Shown here in pieces: positions 1 to 12,500 of a DNA stretch of 64,000 bases. Location of the stretch: the IMG/VR virus record IMGVR_UViG_3300000439_000006; one strand, given 5' to 3'. How positions within the stretch are numbered: the first letter of the stretch is position 1; each line of letters opens with the position of its first letter. A program made the position numbers and the translations under genes. Source of the DNA: a virus (lineage: Duplodnaviria > Heunggongvirae > Uroviricota > Caudoviricetes). The notes below the pieces were generated by a model. That model ran no database searches. It saw only the letters and a program-made list of their open reading frames with translations, and was not told the DNA's origin.

Positions 1-3000
1 ATGCTAAAGAAGATGGTATTTGATCAACCTTCTAATGAGATTAATCCTGTAGATGACGTAGATAAGAGTATAGAACTATATCTAAGAAGTTTACAGATGG
101 AAGGTGACAATGCTTTTGATGAATATGGATACACTGTATCTGTAAACTATTCTAACCTTGTACGTGGATTGTTTGCCGATCTTCAAAATACAACAAGTAT
201 GGATGAGATCGTAAAGCTTCTTCAAGAAAAAAGTGAAGACAATCCAGAATATAAAGCCATACTAAAGAAACTAGTTCTTCCAGAAGGCGCTAGTAAAAAA
301 GATATGGACTTTTATATAAAGTTTAGAAACTCTTTTACTAAAGCTTTTATTCCTTTAATGACTGTATCATTAGAAAGCGATGACACTGTAAAGGTGTTTG
401 CTGCAGCCACAGGTAAAAAAGGAACATATGAAAGAGTTATCCAGGCCAACTTTGCTCTTCGCGGTATGCCAGTTGTGGTAGATGCTGAGAAAGGAGAAGT
501 AATAAACCTAGCTCATAGAGATGAAGATGGTTCATGGGTGATTGATAAAACTGATCTAGATAAGATAACTAACTATATAGAAAAAGCTGGTCCTGATGTT
601 ATAGATAGAAAGATGGAGTTTCTTAAAGCCATAGGTTTTCAGTTTAGTCAAAAGACTGAAGAAACCCTAAGACGTGATGCAAAGTTCATGGGTAATAATA
701 AGTATAGTGGTTTTAATGCTTTATATAATCATCTTGTAACACAACTAAGTGACGGAGTAACCATTAGTAATAACCTAATCACGTCTTTAAAAAGAGATTA
801 TAAGGTTAAGAAAGTTTTGAAGAGTAAGGGACAGTCAAACATAATCAGCGATGTAATCGATCGTGAACTTAAAAACAACAGGGATTACAACGTTGATTAT
901 AGTATGGTTAATGCTGCAGGGGATAGACAATACGCTATACAACTACATAACAACTTCACCATCCTTAACAAGTTCTACTCTGATGTTAATGCATATCCCA
1001 CTCTAGAAAGTATACTAGCAGAACCTTCTATGTTCTGGATGGATCCTAGAACAAATCCATCTATACGTAATAGTTCTATACTTAATAGTCTTTTCTACTT
1101 TGATCCATTAGATCCAAACTTTGGATCTCGTAGGTATGTACAAGAAAGTAAGATAGAAGTTCCTAATCCTACAAAACCTGGTGAGACTATTTTAAAAAGT
1201 GTTTACGAATTCTCACCGACTAAAGGTAAACCTGTAACAATCACTATCAACAATACCGGTGGATTAAATACAAAGTTTGAAGGAGAGAAATCTCAAGGAG
1301 CGTCATCTACATCACTAAATGAAGTGGATAAGCTTTTACAAGATATGCATTCTTTCTTCTCATCAACAGCTTATAACAGTATGTTGAGACTGGGAGATAA
1401 GTCTACAGATCTTGGTATATCTGTTTCTTATTACATGGATCCTTTAACAGGAAAACCAGTTGTAAGTTCAGGTAAAACTATCATACCTGTAAATAAACCA
1501 TTAGGAAATATATCTGAGTATAGCACTATATTCAAAAGTGATAGTTTTTTAAAGTATGTAACAAATGCTTTGAAGGACACTGTAGAGATGAAACGTCTTG
1601 CTAAAGAAGAAGATTTTTTACAAAAGTATAAAGTGTCTGGAGCAGCTATATTAAAAAACTGGAGCTACTTTGATAAGATACTTTCTACAGAAACAAAAGG
1701 ATTGATTAAATCTGTAGATGATGTTGATACTTATAAAGAAAACATAAGACAAGATATTTTAAAATATTTTGAAGGAACAAACGGTGTTGTAGAAACGTTC
1801 ATTAGTAAGTTTGCTAAAGCTAAAGAAATAAATAATAACTTCTGGAACAAAAACATATCCTTTGAAAACGCGGCTAGATATTATTTAGCAAACTCATTTG
1901 TCACTGACATTGAACAGATGAAGTTGTTCTTTGGAGATCCTATATTCTTTAAAGACTTTCATAAGAGAGCATCTAAAGATTCAGCCACTGGTATTTTTAC
2001 ATTTATAGATGAGAACATCATTAACAACTTAAATGACCAGTCAACCGAGTATGGAGCTAACACAAACCTTGCGGCTAAAAGACTTATTGAAAGAGTTTAC
2101 CAGGAAAAGTTAAAAACAATAGAGACATCTAAAGCTTCAGAACAAGACAAAGAAAAACTAAGAAAACAATACGCTGCAGAAAGAGATCAAGCTTTGACAA
2201 GACAATCTGTAAGTAAGTCATATCGTTCAGCTGTTTTAAAAGATGTTGACTTCAAAAGTCCTTATTCAACTAAGATAGTTGAGAACGTAAATAAACTTAT
2301 AGGACTTAACTACTTGTCTGAAAAGATGAAAGAGTTATTTAAAAACTCTTTATCAAAAGTTGTAACGGACAAGTATGGTGGTACAGAAGCAGATGGTCAA
2401 GGTAAATGTACTTTTGACTTCTACCGTACCATGAACATATTAACTGGTCAATGGAGCTCAGACCAAGAACGTGTCTATAAAAAGATTGTAGACTACGCTC
2501 ACTTTAATGAACTAGCTGAGAATGAAACAGATCCAACAAAGCGTCTTGAGTATATAAAACAAAGAGATGATGTTGGTTATGATCCTTTAGAAGCCGTATA
2601 TTTTCCTCCTAAGAAGTTTCAATACTCAGGACCGGATAATAACAACTATGGGATGTATGTTCCCATCTTTGATAAGTTCTCTTTACAACCACTAATTCCT
2701 ACAAACATAAAAGGAACCGCTGACGAACATCTTGCTAAAAGAATGGAGTATAACGGTGTGGGTTATGTTAAGTTTGAGAGTGGATCTAAAACAGAAAGCC
2801 CTAAAGCTAAAGATAGTTATTATAGTGAGTATGATGAAAATAATCCTTCTGAAAGAAGTGTACTGGCGTTTAAACCAGAACAAACTTTTAAATCAGAACA
2901 AGAGCTTTTCTTTAATCACTTTAAAGAGCAGCTAGCTATAGATGCTGAGATACATGACCATGCTATATTTGGTTCACAGATAAGAAAGCTGATCATGATG

Positions 3001-6000
3001 AACCTTGATAAAGCTGAGTTTAAAGAACACTATGATAATTATAACAGATATATATTTCATCTTACAGAACTAGAAAAGACATCTCTTTACAATGAGATGG
3101 GTATAACTCGTAATGATGGTAAGCTGCAGATAGGTGATATGAATAAACTGGTTGAGTATTTCTTTAAAGAGATAAACAAAAAGAACCAGGATTCAAACGT
3201 ACGTAAAGCACTTAAGTATGACGAAGCCACTGGTAAGTTTGAAATACCTTTAGATGCCACTATACAAGCTCAGGTATTAGAAGGGATTATTATATCAGCT
3301 ATTAACAATAGAGCGGTACGATATAAAACAAACGGATCTATGTTAACTCAGATGGCTATTACAGGATCTGAAAAAATAGACAAGTTTAACAAAGCTGCGT
3401 CTGACGCAGCTCTTAAAACTTTTGGTAACAAAGAACTTAAGTATTACGATGTTGTAGAAGAAAATGGTAAAACGGTTGTTAAACCTATGCAGGTTAAGAT
3501 AGGACTCACTGGTCAGTGGTTAAACCTTTTGAATTTAGAACATCCAGATGGTTCTAAAATAGATACCATCGAACGTTTAAACGAAGCGTTAAAGAATGAA
3601 GACTGGATGAAACAAAACAATCGAAGTTTACAACTAGTTGCTTATCGTATTCCTACACAGGGTAGAAACTTTACGGATGTTATGCAAGTGGCTGAGTTTC
3701 TTCCAGCGTCAGTGGGTGACGCCATTATTATGCCAAGTGAGTGTGTTATCAAATCAGGATCTGACTTTGATATTGATAAGATGTTTGTTTTCTATCCAAA
3801 CTTGTATAAACAAGGAGGAGCAGCAAAAACATCATATACAGCTGAAGAACTTAAAGATCCTAAAAACTATGAAAGATTAAAAGCTGGTATACAAAACGAA
3901 CTTTACAACACTATGGCGGATATCATTTTACATCCGTCTAACTATGTAGAACTTGTTACACCTTCTGACAACTTTCACATCATGCCTTATGTGGATGAGT
4001 TGTATAAGTTGCTAGGTAAACCTATGAATTCTGATGACAAACATCAGAAGACCGATTTTGCTAACACAGACATTCTAAACCGTAATATAAACATAGATAA
4101 GTTTATAAGTCTTTTAAAAGGTAAATCAGATCTTGGTATCGCAGCGATCGCTAACACGTTTAACGTAATGTTCCAACGTGGAAAGGCTAACGCAAACATT
4201 GATTTCTTTAAAGAAAAAAACATTATATCTTTCTTTAACGTAGAAGGGTCTGTAGAAAAGAGCAACCTTCTTTTTAAATCTATAGATTATTCAAAAATAT
4301 ATGATGAGGATGGCGTATTAAAAAGTGAGTTCTTTAGTGAGTTTATTAACGCCTTCGTTGATGCCGCTAAGGATGACTATGTATTTGCTGTGAACGTTGT
4401 AACAGAGTTGAGCCCAATCATGTTCTATATGAAATACATGGGTATGTCGACAAAAAAGATTTTGGGACTGATGAACCAACCTGGCGTACGTCAATACATA
4501 AAAACATTATCTACATATCAAAACAAGTTTGTTAAAGGTGAAGAAAGTTTTACAGAAGGTGTGAGAGCTTTGGCTTTAAAAGACACTTTAAAACAACTTG
4601 GATATGATTTAGACCCAGATATAAAAAAAGCTGCAGATCTTGGTGATGACGAAGCTAAAAAAGAAGAAAAAAAGTATGGAAAAAGACAAGGTATATATGA
4701 GTATCTTTTAAGTAAGCTTCCTAAATTACATGATACACTATCTAAGTATTTTACCGGTGACGAGTTGTTTAAACAAGTGAAGAATGAAAACATAAATATA
4801 AAAACATTATCACCTAATACTAAGCTCTTACAGATAGCTTATTTGTTGGAACTAGAAAACATGAAGGTTCAATCAAATAGTATATCGGAAGCTCAAAAAG
4901 TATTAAAGTATGATACAAGTCCTTTCTCTAATACATTTGATATATATCAAAGAGAACAACAATACTTAATAGCTACAGCTGGTAATAATGTATTGTCTCC
5001 ATCATCTATAAAACGTATGTACAGTTCTAGTATTATTGCTCCTCTAAATGTATCAGATGATATAAAGAGTATACTGGAAAAACTGTTCCCTGTAAGAAAC
5101 AATGATAGGTTGAATAGATTTCTTTTAGATAAAGGATTACTACTTAAAAACTATATGGCTAACGAGTTTAGAAAGTTTTTAGTTGATGATGATCTTATGA
5201 AGATGGCTCGTATCGCTAAAAATGATATGATGAACTACATCTTACAAAACTACTTTGACAAGTCTGAGTCTGGAAAAGAATACTTTAAAGAAACATTTGG
5301 TACAGATAAGTCCTTAAATGAGTACTTATTAGACCTTGTACAAGGAGATACACTTGTTAAACAATGGGAAGCTATAAGAACTTCCGAAGACTTTGAAGAT
5401 CTGGCCGCTCAGTTTCCTATGGTGAGAAACATCATCTTAGAAAAAGGAGAAAAGAATAGTAGGATAAAAAGCTTTAGAATACTAGAGAATAGTGCAAACC
5501 CTGTTGAGAAAGAACAAATGATTCAACAGTTTGAAGATATAACTAAGCTACAAGAAAGTAAAGACATATCAACGTTCTTTAAAAACCTTGCGTTATATTC
5601 TATATTCCAATCAGGGATGAACACAACAGACTACAGCTATATGTCTATTGTACCTGCATCACTTGTAAACAAACTTTATGGATCAGCTGTAGATGAGTAT
5701 AACAAACTATCTACAGATGAGAAAGAAAATATGTTGAATAAATTTTATAGTAAGTTTCGATTAAACAACCCTGAGATATTTGGTTTAAAAGCTGACGCAT
5801 CTTTAACAAGAGAGATATCTAAAAGAGGAAAGTGGTATTCTGAAGAAACATCTTTAGCGTGGGCTTCTAAATCTGAAAAAGAAAAAGAACAAAAGAAACC
5901 TGAAGTTATTCCTGAAGGACCTATTGCTGCAACTATTCCACAAAACAAAGTGTCAGGAATAGATAGTAATGGTTCTTTAGTAGAAGCTAGTGATGCTGTA

Positions 6001-6567
6001 AAGAAAGTGTTGGGTCCTGCTCCACACTCTATAGATATGATTGAGGCTGGATTAAGAACCAGAACAACAAGATCTGGTAGTGAGATGGAAAAGTATTCTG
6101 TAAAAGTGGGCGATATTATTAAGAACATAGGAACATCTGCTGATGGATCTACTAAAGTGATATACGCTAGAGTGACTGCTATACATCCTAAAAACTCACC
6201 AGGATGGAGAGGTACATGGGAAAAAGAAGGTTGGAGACAAGAGGATGTTAAAGTGACTGATAAGTTCACAAGACCTGGAGCTGCAGCTATAGAGTTTGAA
6301 GTGATTAAACCTTCTGATAAAACAAACCCTGTAAAAGAAGCTGAACCTATAAAAGCTGATAAAAATGTTGTATCTTTGAATAGTAAAACAACATCCGAAC
6401 GTATAGAAGACTTCACTACTAAAAACAATATCGACATAGAAGAATACCAACGTCAACTTGGTATGACAAAAGAAGAGTTGTTTAAAGTTTGGGAGTTTTC
6501 TTATAACGAAGAAAAGATTGGAAATCAAACCATAGAAGAGTTTCTTAGAGACCTGCTGTGTGAGTAA
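1..6567 (+). CDS. Giant virion-associated RNA polymerase-like protein (crAss-like gp66-type); may be 5'-partial because the ATG sits at window position 1
   Basis: 2188-aa uninterrupted ORF. It contains ...IKSGSDFDIDKMFVFYP..., and a DFDID aspartate triad is the catalytic motif I recall for the virion-packaged RNAP of the crAss-like phage phi14:2. Size and AT-rich context fit. Confidence 0.65.
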   Translation: MLKKMVFDQPSNEINPVDDVDKSIELYLRSLQMEGDNAFDEYGYTVSVNYSNLVRGLFADLQNTTSMDEIVKLLQEKSEDNPEYKAILKKLVLPEGASKKDMDFYIKFRNSFTKAFIPLMTVSLESDDTVKVFAAATGKKGTYERVIQANFALRGMPVVVDAEKGEVINLAHRDEDGSWVIDKTDLDKITNYIEKAGPDVIDRKMEFLKAIGFQFSQKTEETLRRDAKFMGNNKYSGFNALYNHLVTQLSDGVTISNNLITSLKRDYKVKKVLKSKGQSNIISDVIDRELKNNRDYNVDYSMVNAAGDRQYAIQLHNNFTILNKFYSDVNAYPTLESILAEPSMFWMDPRTNPSIRNSSILNSLFYFDPLDPNFGSRRYVQESKIEVPNPTKPGETILKSVYEFSPTKGKPVTITINNTGGLNTKFEGEKSQGASSTSLNEVDKLLQDMHSFFSSTAYNSMLRLGDKSTDLGISVSYYMDPLTGKPVVSSGKTIIPVNKPLGNISEYSTIFKSDSFLKYVTNALKDTVEMKRLAKEEDFLQKYKVSGAAILKNWSYFDKILSTETKGLIKSVDDVDTYKENIRQDILKYFEGTNGVVETFISKFAKAKEINNNFWNKNISFENAARYYLANSFVTDIEQMKLFFGDPIFFKDFHKRASKDSATGIFTFIDENIINNLNDQSTEYGANTNLAAKRLIERVYQEKLKTIETSKASEQDKEKLRKQYAAERDQALTRQSVSKSYRSAVLKDVDFKSPYSTKIVENVNKLIGLNYLSEKMKELFKNSLSKVVTDKYGGTEADGQGKCTFDFYRTMNILTGQWSSDQERVYKKIVDYAHFNELAENETDPTKRLEYIKQRDDVGYDPLEAVYFPPKKFQYSGPDNNNYGMYVPIFDKFSLQPLIPTNIKGTADEHLAKRMEYNGVGYVKFESGSKTESPKAKDSYYSEYDENNPSERSVLAFKPEQTFKSEQELFFNHFKEQLAIDAEIHDHAIFGSQIRKLIMMNLDKAEFKEHYDNYNRYIFHLTELEKTSLYNEMGITRNDGKLQIGDMNKLVEYFFKEINKKNQDSNVRKALKYDEATGKFEIPLDATIQAQVLEGIIISAINNRAVRYKTNGSMLTQMAITGSEKIDKFNKAASDAALKTFGNKELKYYDVVEENGKTVVKPMQVKIGLTGQWLNLLNLEHPDGSKIDTIERLNEALKNEDWMKQNNRSLQLVAYRIPTQGRNFTDVMQVAEFLPASVGDAIIMPSECVIKSGSDFDIDKMFVFYPNLYKQGGAAKTSYTAEELKDPKNYERLKAGIQNELYNTMADIILHPSNYVELVTPSDNFHIMPYVDELYKLLGKPMNSDDKHQKTDFANTDILNRNINIDKFISLLKGKSDLGIAAIANTFNVMFQRGKANANIDFFKEKNIISFFNVEGSVEKSNLLFKSIDYSKIYDEDGVLKSEFFSEFINAFVDAAKDDYVFAVNVVTELSPIMFYMKYMGMSTKKILGLMNQPGVRQYIKTLSTYQNKFVKGEESFTEGVRALALKDTLKQLGYDLDPDIKKAADLGDDEAKKEEKKYGKRQGIYEYLLSKLPKLHDTLSKYFTGDELFKQVKNENINIKTLSPNTKLLQIAYLLELENMKVQSNSISEAQKVLKYDTSPFSNTFDIYQREQQYLIATAGNNVLSPSSIKRMYSSSIIAPLNVSDDIKSILEKLFPVRNNDRLNRFLLDKGLLLKNYMANEFRKFLVDDDLMKMARIAKNDMMNYILQNYFDKSESGKEYFKETFGTDKSLNEYLLDLVQGDTLVKQWEAIRTSEDFEDLAAQFPMVRNIILEKGEKNSRIKSFRILENSANPVEKEQMIQQFEDITKLQESKDISTFFKNLALYSIFQSGMNTTDYSYMSIVPASLVNKLYGSAVDEYNKLSTDEKENMLNKFYSKFRLNNPEIFGLKADASLTREISKRGKWYSEETSLAWASKSEKEKEQKKPEVIPEGPIAATIPQNKVSGIDSNGSLVEASDAVKKVLGPAPHSIDMIEAGLRTRTTRSGSEMEKYSVKVGDIIKNIGTSADGSTKVIYARVTAIHPKNSPGWRGTWEKEGWRQEDVKVTDKFTRPGAAAIEFEVIKPSDKTNPVKEAEPIKADKNVVSLNSKTTSERIEDFTTKNNIDIEEYQRQLGMTKEELFKVWEFSYNEEKIGNQTIEEFLRDLLCE

Positions 6568-6579
6568 AACAAAAATAAT

Positions 6580-9500
6580 ATGATTAGTTGTCCTAATAAA
6601 AACACTAAAGAGTGGAAAGAACTTTCAGCTGCTATTGGAGCTAAACAAGCTATGTTAGCTTTTATACGTAATGGTGACCAAATCCCTTCAGAAGCTGAAG
6701 CTAGAGAACTACTAACTAACAAAGGATTGTTAGAAGGGCTTCGTAATATGCCCATGTTATCTCAGGAAACCGTATTCAGTACACTACAAACTAACAATCT
6801 TCTTACAGGATCTCCTATACAGGATAGAGGTAAGACATGGTATCAGTTAGCTGATAGAGAAGATGTGGCTGAAAAGCTAGGTCAGTACACTAATGAGTAT
6901 GGACCTGTGTTAGAATATGACAATGGGTATGTAACAGTTGCTCAAGACTCTATAGATAAATGGAACGAAGTGGCTCAGCTTAAATCATCTAAACAGATGA
7001 ATGCTACAGAACTTGCTGAAGAGTTTCTTGATAGGATTGGTGTTCCTATACAAGAAAGATCTGATGTACTTGCCCGTCATGGATCTAACGGGGTGGCTAA
7101 CATGGCTGAAAAGATGGTTGAGATACAATCTGGTATGAAGGATGTGGCGCTTCCAGAAGAAGCTTTACACTTCTTCTTAGAAATGCTTCCTCAAGATCAT
7201 CCAGCTTTATTAGAAGCTCTTGATAAGATTAGAAACAAATCTGTTTATGGAGAAACATTAGAACAATATAAGAACAATCCAAACTATCAGGTTGATGGTA
7301 AACCAAACTTTACCAAGATAAAAAAAGAAGCTCTGGCTAAAGAGCTGGCTTCACGTATGAAATCTAAAGACCACGGATGGTTATCTACACTTATAGATGG
7401 AATACTAAACTTTATAAAGAGTCTTACGCTTCAAAAAACAGCTATTGAAAAACTAGAAGACTTGTTTTATAGTAAAGACATTAGTCTTTTAAATATGAAC
7501 TTAAACTCTTCTGAGCTTTATAATCAGTTAGCTGATGAAACAAAGAGTTTCTACGAGGCCCAGTCAGCTAACGAAGCACAAAAGAAAACACTTGATGCCA
7601 TATTAGCTCATACCGCAGCTATAAACTTTGATAAAAGTAATCATATCTTAACACATCACGCAACAGTGACAAGTGATGGTATTGTTATGAGATCTGTAAC
7701 ACAGGTTTTAGGATCTGACTTTTATAGTGAGCTAGATCATATGCAAACTGTAGAAACCATTCTCGATAACTTTGAACAATTCTTTCCGGATATTATAGGA
7801 GAAGACTCTCCAAAGATAAAAAACTATATCGATTCTGTAAGCGGTAAAAAAGATGAAGAAGAGCTTATAAAAAAATATAAAGCAAAAGTTTTACTTGACT
7901 ACTTTACAGAGAAGTTGTTAAACGACACTACAAAAGAAACAGTGGAAGATCTGTTAAAAGTTCTTCCTGCAGGTATAGCTAAACAAATAGTACAAGCTAG
8001 TCAAAACAAACAAAAGACATTGTTTGGTACAGCTGTGCACACTATTGTTGAGAGTATCATCATGGATAAAGAAATCGATCTGGATAATCTGGATCCGATA
8101 ATTTATCAGTTTATGGATAAGAAAACTCTTATGGGTCTCATCTATGGTAAAGGATTAAAAGATACTGGTATAAGAGGATTGATACAAGATCTACAGAAAG
8201 ATGGATCTGTATTAATGAGTGAGGTGGAAGTTGGAAACGGAACTGTTGGTGGGGTTATAGATTTAATAGCTATACGTCCTGATGGTACAGCTGAGGTGTA
8301 TGATTTTAAAACAAAGTTTTTAAGAGAACACAAGTTTAACCAAGCTGATATCAAAGCTGAGTTTGAGCAGGTTACAAGAGAACTTTCTAAGTTTGGTATT
8401 AAAAAAGACCCAGCGATATTAGCGGGACTAGCTGATACCAGACGTAGTTTAAATCAGAAGTACACACAACAACTTTCTTTATATAAGAACTTATTGATGG
8501 AGGCCGGAATTCGTGTAGGTGGATTACACATTATTGGTGTACCATATAGAACAAACGCTGAAGGTAAAGTGACAGAAGTAAAAGCTTTTGTTGCCGACCC
8601 TATCTCCTACAACGATAAAATAGGATCTTATCTGTTTAACATAGCAGATAAATCCATGGATGCATCTAAGAAATCTAAGAAGATGACGATTGAAGATGAA
8701 CGTACAAAGCTTCTAGATGACATCAGTAATGACTCCATGAAAGAAAGCTTTACTAAAGCGCTTACAAGATTACAACAACTCTACGAACACTTTAAAAAGA
8801 ACAAGAATATAAACACTATATATGATCTTCTCACTGACAAGACATCCAAAACAAACAGAGTGGACACTCAGAGAGATCTGGTAAGAACTATTCTTAACAA
8901 CTTTGAAAACTTTGATGATGCTACCAAGTTCTTAAATGTACAAAAAGGTTTCCTAGAGCTTATAGATTCATCTGTAGGTATTATACAAACTGTAGCTAAA
9001 GAGTTTGATCGTCTACGTAAACTCAAAGCTGTTGACGAGAAGTCTGCAGTGCAGCGTATCAATGAGTTACAAAAGGTGAATGACTTTGTAACAGGATATG
9101 AGACAATGTTTAAAGAGATGTTAGGTCACTTAGATAGTGCTGACTTAGATAATCCTTTAGTAAAAAGATTGGCCGATATGATTGGTATCACTACTAGTAT
9201 AAAGAGTCAATATGTAGATAGTATATTTGGAGATGTAACAGATATAATGTTAAGTGAGTTTTCTCCAGATGATCTAGAAAACATGAGAAGACTTTATACA
9301 GAAGACATGATAGCTGCTAAACAAAGAGGTGATGAGAAATTAACAAAGATGTATGAAGAAAGAATAAAAAATCTTCCTTCTAAAGAATCAATAGCTGAGG
9401 TGATAAAAGGGAACAGAGGAGATGTTGGTTGGTTCTGGGGTAAGTTTGTTGCCACTATATCAAACCCTGATATAATTTTGTCGAGTGTTGCCAAACGTCT

Positions 9501-12500
9501 TAAAGCTGTATTAGATAGAGTGAGACTTATGAACAAAGAGTTCAAAGATAACTTAAGTGTTGAGTTCGATAAACGAGCTAAACTTTATGGTAGAGGACTT
9601 GATATCAAAAAGATAAACGAAAGCCTTGTATACGAAGCTAAAGAGTTTAATGCATCTACAGGTAAAGAGATGAATGTGTCATACTTTAAGAGCGAATACC
9701 ATGAAAAACTTTACGCTGATTATAATAAGCTTAAGTATAATCTAAAACAAGCCGAGGAAGAAAAGGATGTAACCAAAATCAAAGCGGCTAAACTAGCTAT
9801 AAAGAACTTTGAACAGAAATACTTTGAGAGTAACTTTACCAATGAATACTTTAAACTAACAAGTGTCTTAGATAAAGAGGTAACTCATGCCGGTAATAAA
9901 ACAACTATACGTGAACTTATCGCTGATATCTATGATAAGATAAATGCTGTACAAAGACGCGGTGGTTACAGTGATGAAGATATAAGCTCAGGTAATATGA
10001 CTGATGAAGATCTTCAAGAACGTATGGATCTGTTTAGACAAATCTCATCTTTAAAAGAAAGTAATGATGAAAATGGTCTTCCTAAAACAGGAGAGGCTTT
10101 AAAGATAGCTGAGGCTTTAAAGGAATACGATAAGAACAAAGAACTTCTTTATGACTATGTAGAACTTACTGACTTGTTTAATCATAAACAACAAGAGATG
10201 AAGTTAAAATATGGTGAAGGAAGCGAAGAATACGAAGCCTGGATGGCCAAGAACACTCGTCTTGCTATCAGTGATGAGTATTACACTCGTAGACAACAAA
10301 TCTTAGATCGTATAAAAGAGATTAATAATAACGATGAGGCTTCTGTTAAAATGGATGAGCTTTATAGAGAGCTTAGTGTTTTAGCTAAACCTTATAAAGA
10401 TGCTGATGGATATATCAGAGGACAAAACATGCCGGCTGATGTAGCTCAAAAGATAAAACGTATTGAGGCTGAGATAGTTACACAACGTCAAAACCTGGAT
10501 AACTTCATCATGAACGGTAACACAGCTGCTGAAAAAGAAGAAATCAACCAGATAAACTTTTTAAAGTATAATGATAAAGCTTACGATCGTGAAAGATTAA
10601 ATGAGCTTATAAGAGAAGGTAAAAACCGTTTACAAGATAGAATAGATAACGATCCTGATTATGCTGAGAAGTATGATGAGATGACAGATCTTTTAAATGA
10701 GCTTTACAAGATGGGTAAAACAGAAATAACTGAGTATTATTACGAAGAGCTTGATAAACAAAGAAGAAACTTTGCTGAAGCAAACAACGTAACATACGAA
10801 GAGTTTATGAATAACCCAGAGATGTATGAAGACTTTGAAAAAAGTGAATGGTTTATAAACAACCACAACATCATTGATAAGATTGTATACGAAGATCCTG
10901 AAACTGGTGAGACACTTGGTTCTAAGATTAGAAATCCTATATGGAGTTGGAAACGTAATATGCCTATAGACAAGTATATCACTAGAAAACCAGCCAATCA
11001 TTTCTATCAAAGAACTCTTAAAGAATCTTACACAGATGCTAATGGTAAAGAAGTGTTACTTAAAAACACTGACAATAAAGATGTTCAAGGTAGATTCAAA
11101 CCAAAGAACGCTGAACAGTATAAAAAAGAATATGGTAAAGAACATCCATATCTAAACAAAGACTTCACTAGTTTAAGAGATAAATACACTAATGGAACAG
11201 CTTCTGAAAAAGAAAAAGTGGACTATGAAAACCTATTGTTTATTCATAAGTCAATGTTAGATGCGCAAGAAGGTATAGAAGTTTCTCAAAGACTTGGTCT
11301 TGCTGTTCCTTTCTTAGAAAAACATGGAAGAGAAAGAACAATTGAAAGTCGCGGTAACAACTTTATAGAAAAAGGAAACAGTATATGGCAAGGTATTAAG
11401 CGTTCGGTTACGTCTACAGAACAGGATGTGGACCAGGAAGGAATACATTCTTCTAAAACCACAGAGTATTCACACTTAGCCACTATGGATAACAATGAAT
11501 ACAAGTTTGTTCCTGTAAGATATAGTACAAAAGGAGAAGCTGATAACGCCAGTTATGACGTATGGGGAGGAGTATTAAACTATGTAGCTGCTACCAATCG
11601 TAAAAAAGAACTTGACCAGGAGATGGCTATGTTAAATGGCTTGGAAAAAATGTTAGGTGACGAACGTAATCAACCTAAAAGTGAAGCAAATAACCTAATA
11701 GCTAATAAAATCTTTAAGAAATATCTTCCAGATATGACTCAAAAGATTAATAGCGGAACCAACACTCGTTTAGAAGTATTAAAAAGCTTTGTAAACAGTG
11801 TTATGTTTAACGAAGAATCCTTCAAAGGATATGAGGTGTTGGGTGTTAACTCTCAGAAAGTGGTAAATAAGATGATGAGAATGATTAGTTTTACCACTCT
11901 TGGGTTTGCTCCATTCAACTGGATGACAAACTTACTATCAGGTCATGTACAAAACATTGTAGAAGCTGTGGGAGGAAACACTATAACCCTTAATGGATAT
12001 AAAGATGCAAAGAACATGATATATATGGGATCTTCTAAATATGGAACTCCTATAAAAGATATGATGAATGACTATTCTAAAGTGGGAAACAAATCATTCT
12101 GGGGACAAATCATGGAATACTTTGATCCTATACAGGGAGAGGTTGATGATGAGTATGGACATAAAACAAGCTTTAACAAGTTTGCCAATATATTACATGC
12201 TGGTGTATACGCTGGTAAGATGTGGGGTGAGTGGGAAATCCAGATGAGTACCTTCATAGCTTATATGCTAAACAACAAAGTGTCTGATGGTAAAGTGGTA
12301 GACAGAGAATCATTTATAACCAAACACATGGGAGATATATCTGATATGTCTATAAAAGAAATCTCTGCTAAAAAGCTTGAAGCTATAAAAGCTTTTGATG
12401 CGCTGGAACATAATCTGTTAGATCTTTTTGAAATGAAAGATGGTAAGCTGGTTGTAAAAGCTCAGTTTAAAGATGTATTTGAACTAGGATCTAAAGACTT

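Noticed and set aside
2692-12257. Many 60 to 230-aa ORFs antisense or out-of-frame inside the two giant genes (for example 5745..6437, 10693..11010)
   Set aside because: They have low-complexity, hydrophobic or AT-codon-biased translations and are nested in strongly coding long ORFs. They are typical spurious ORFs of AT-rich DNA.
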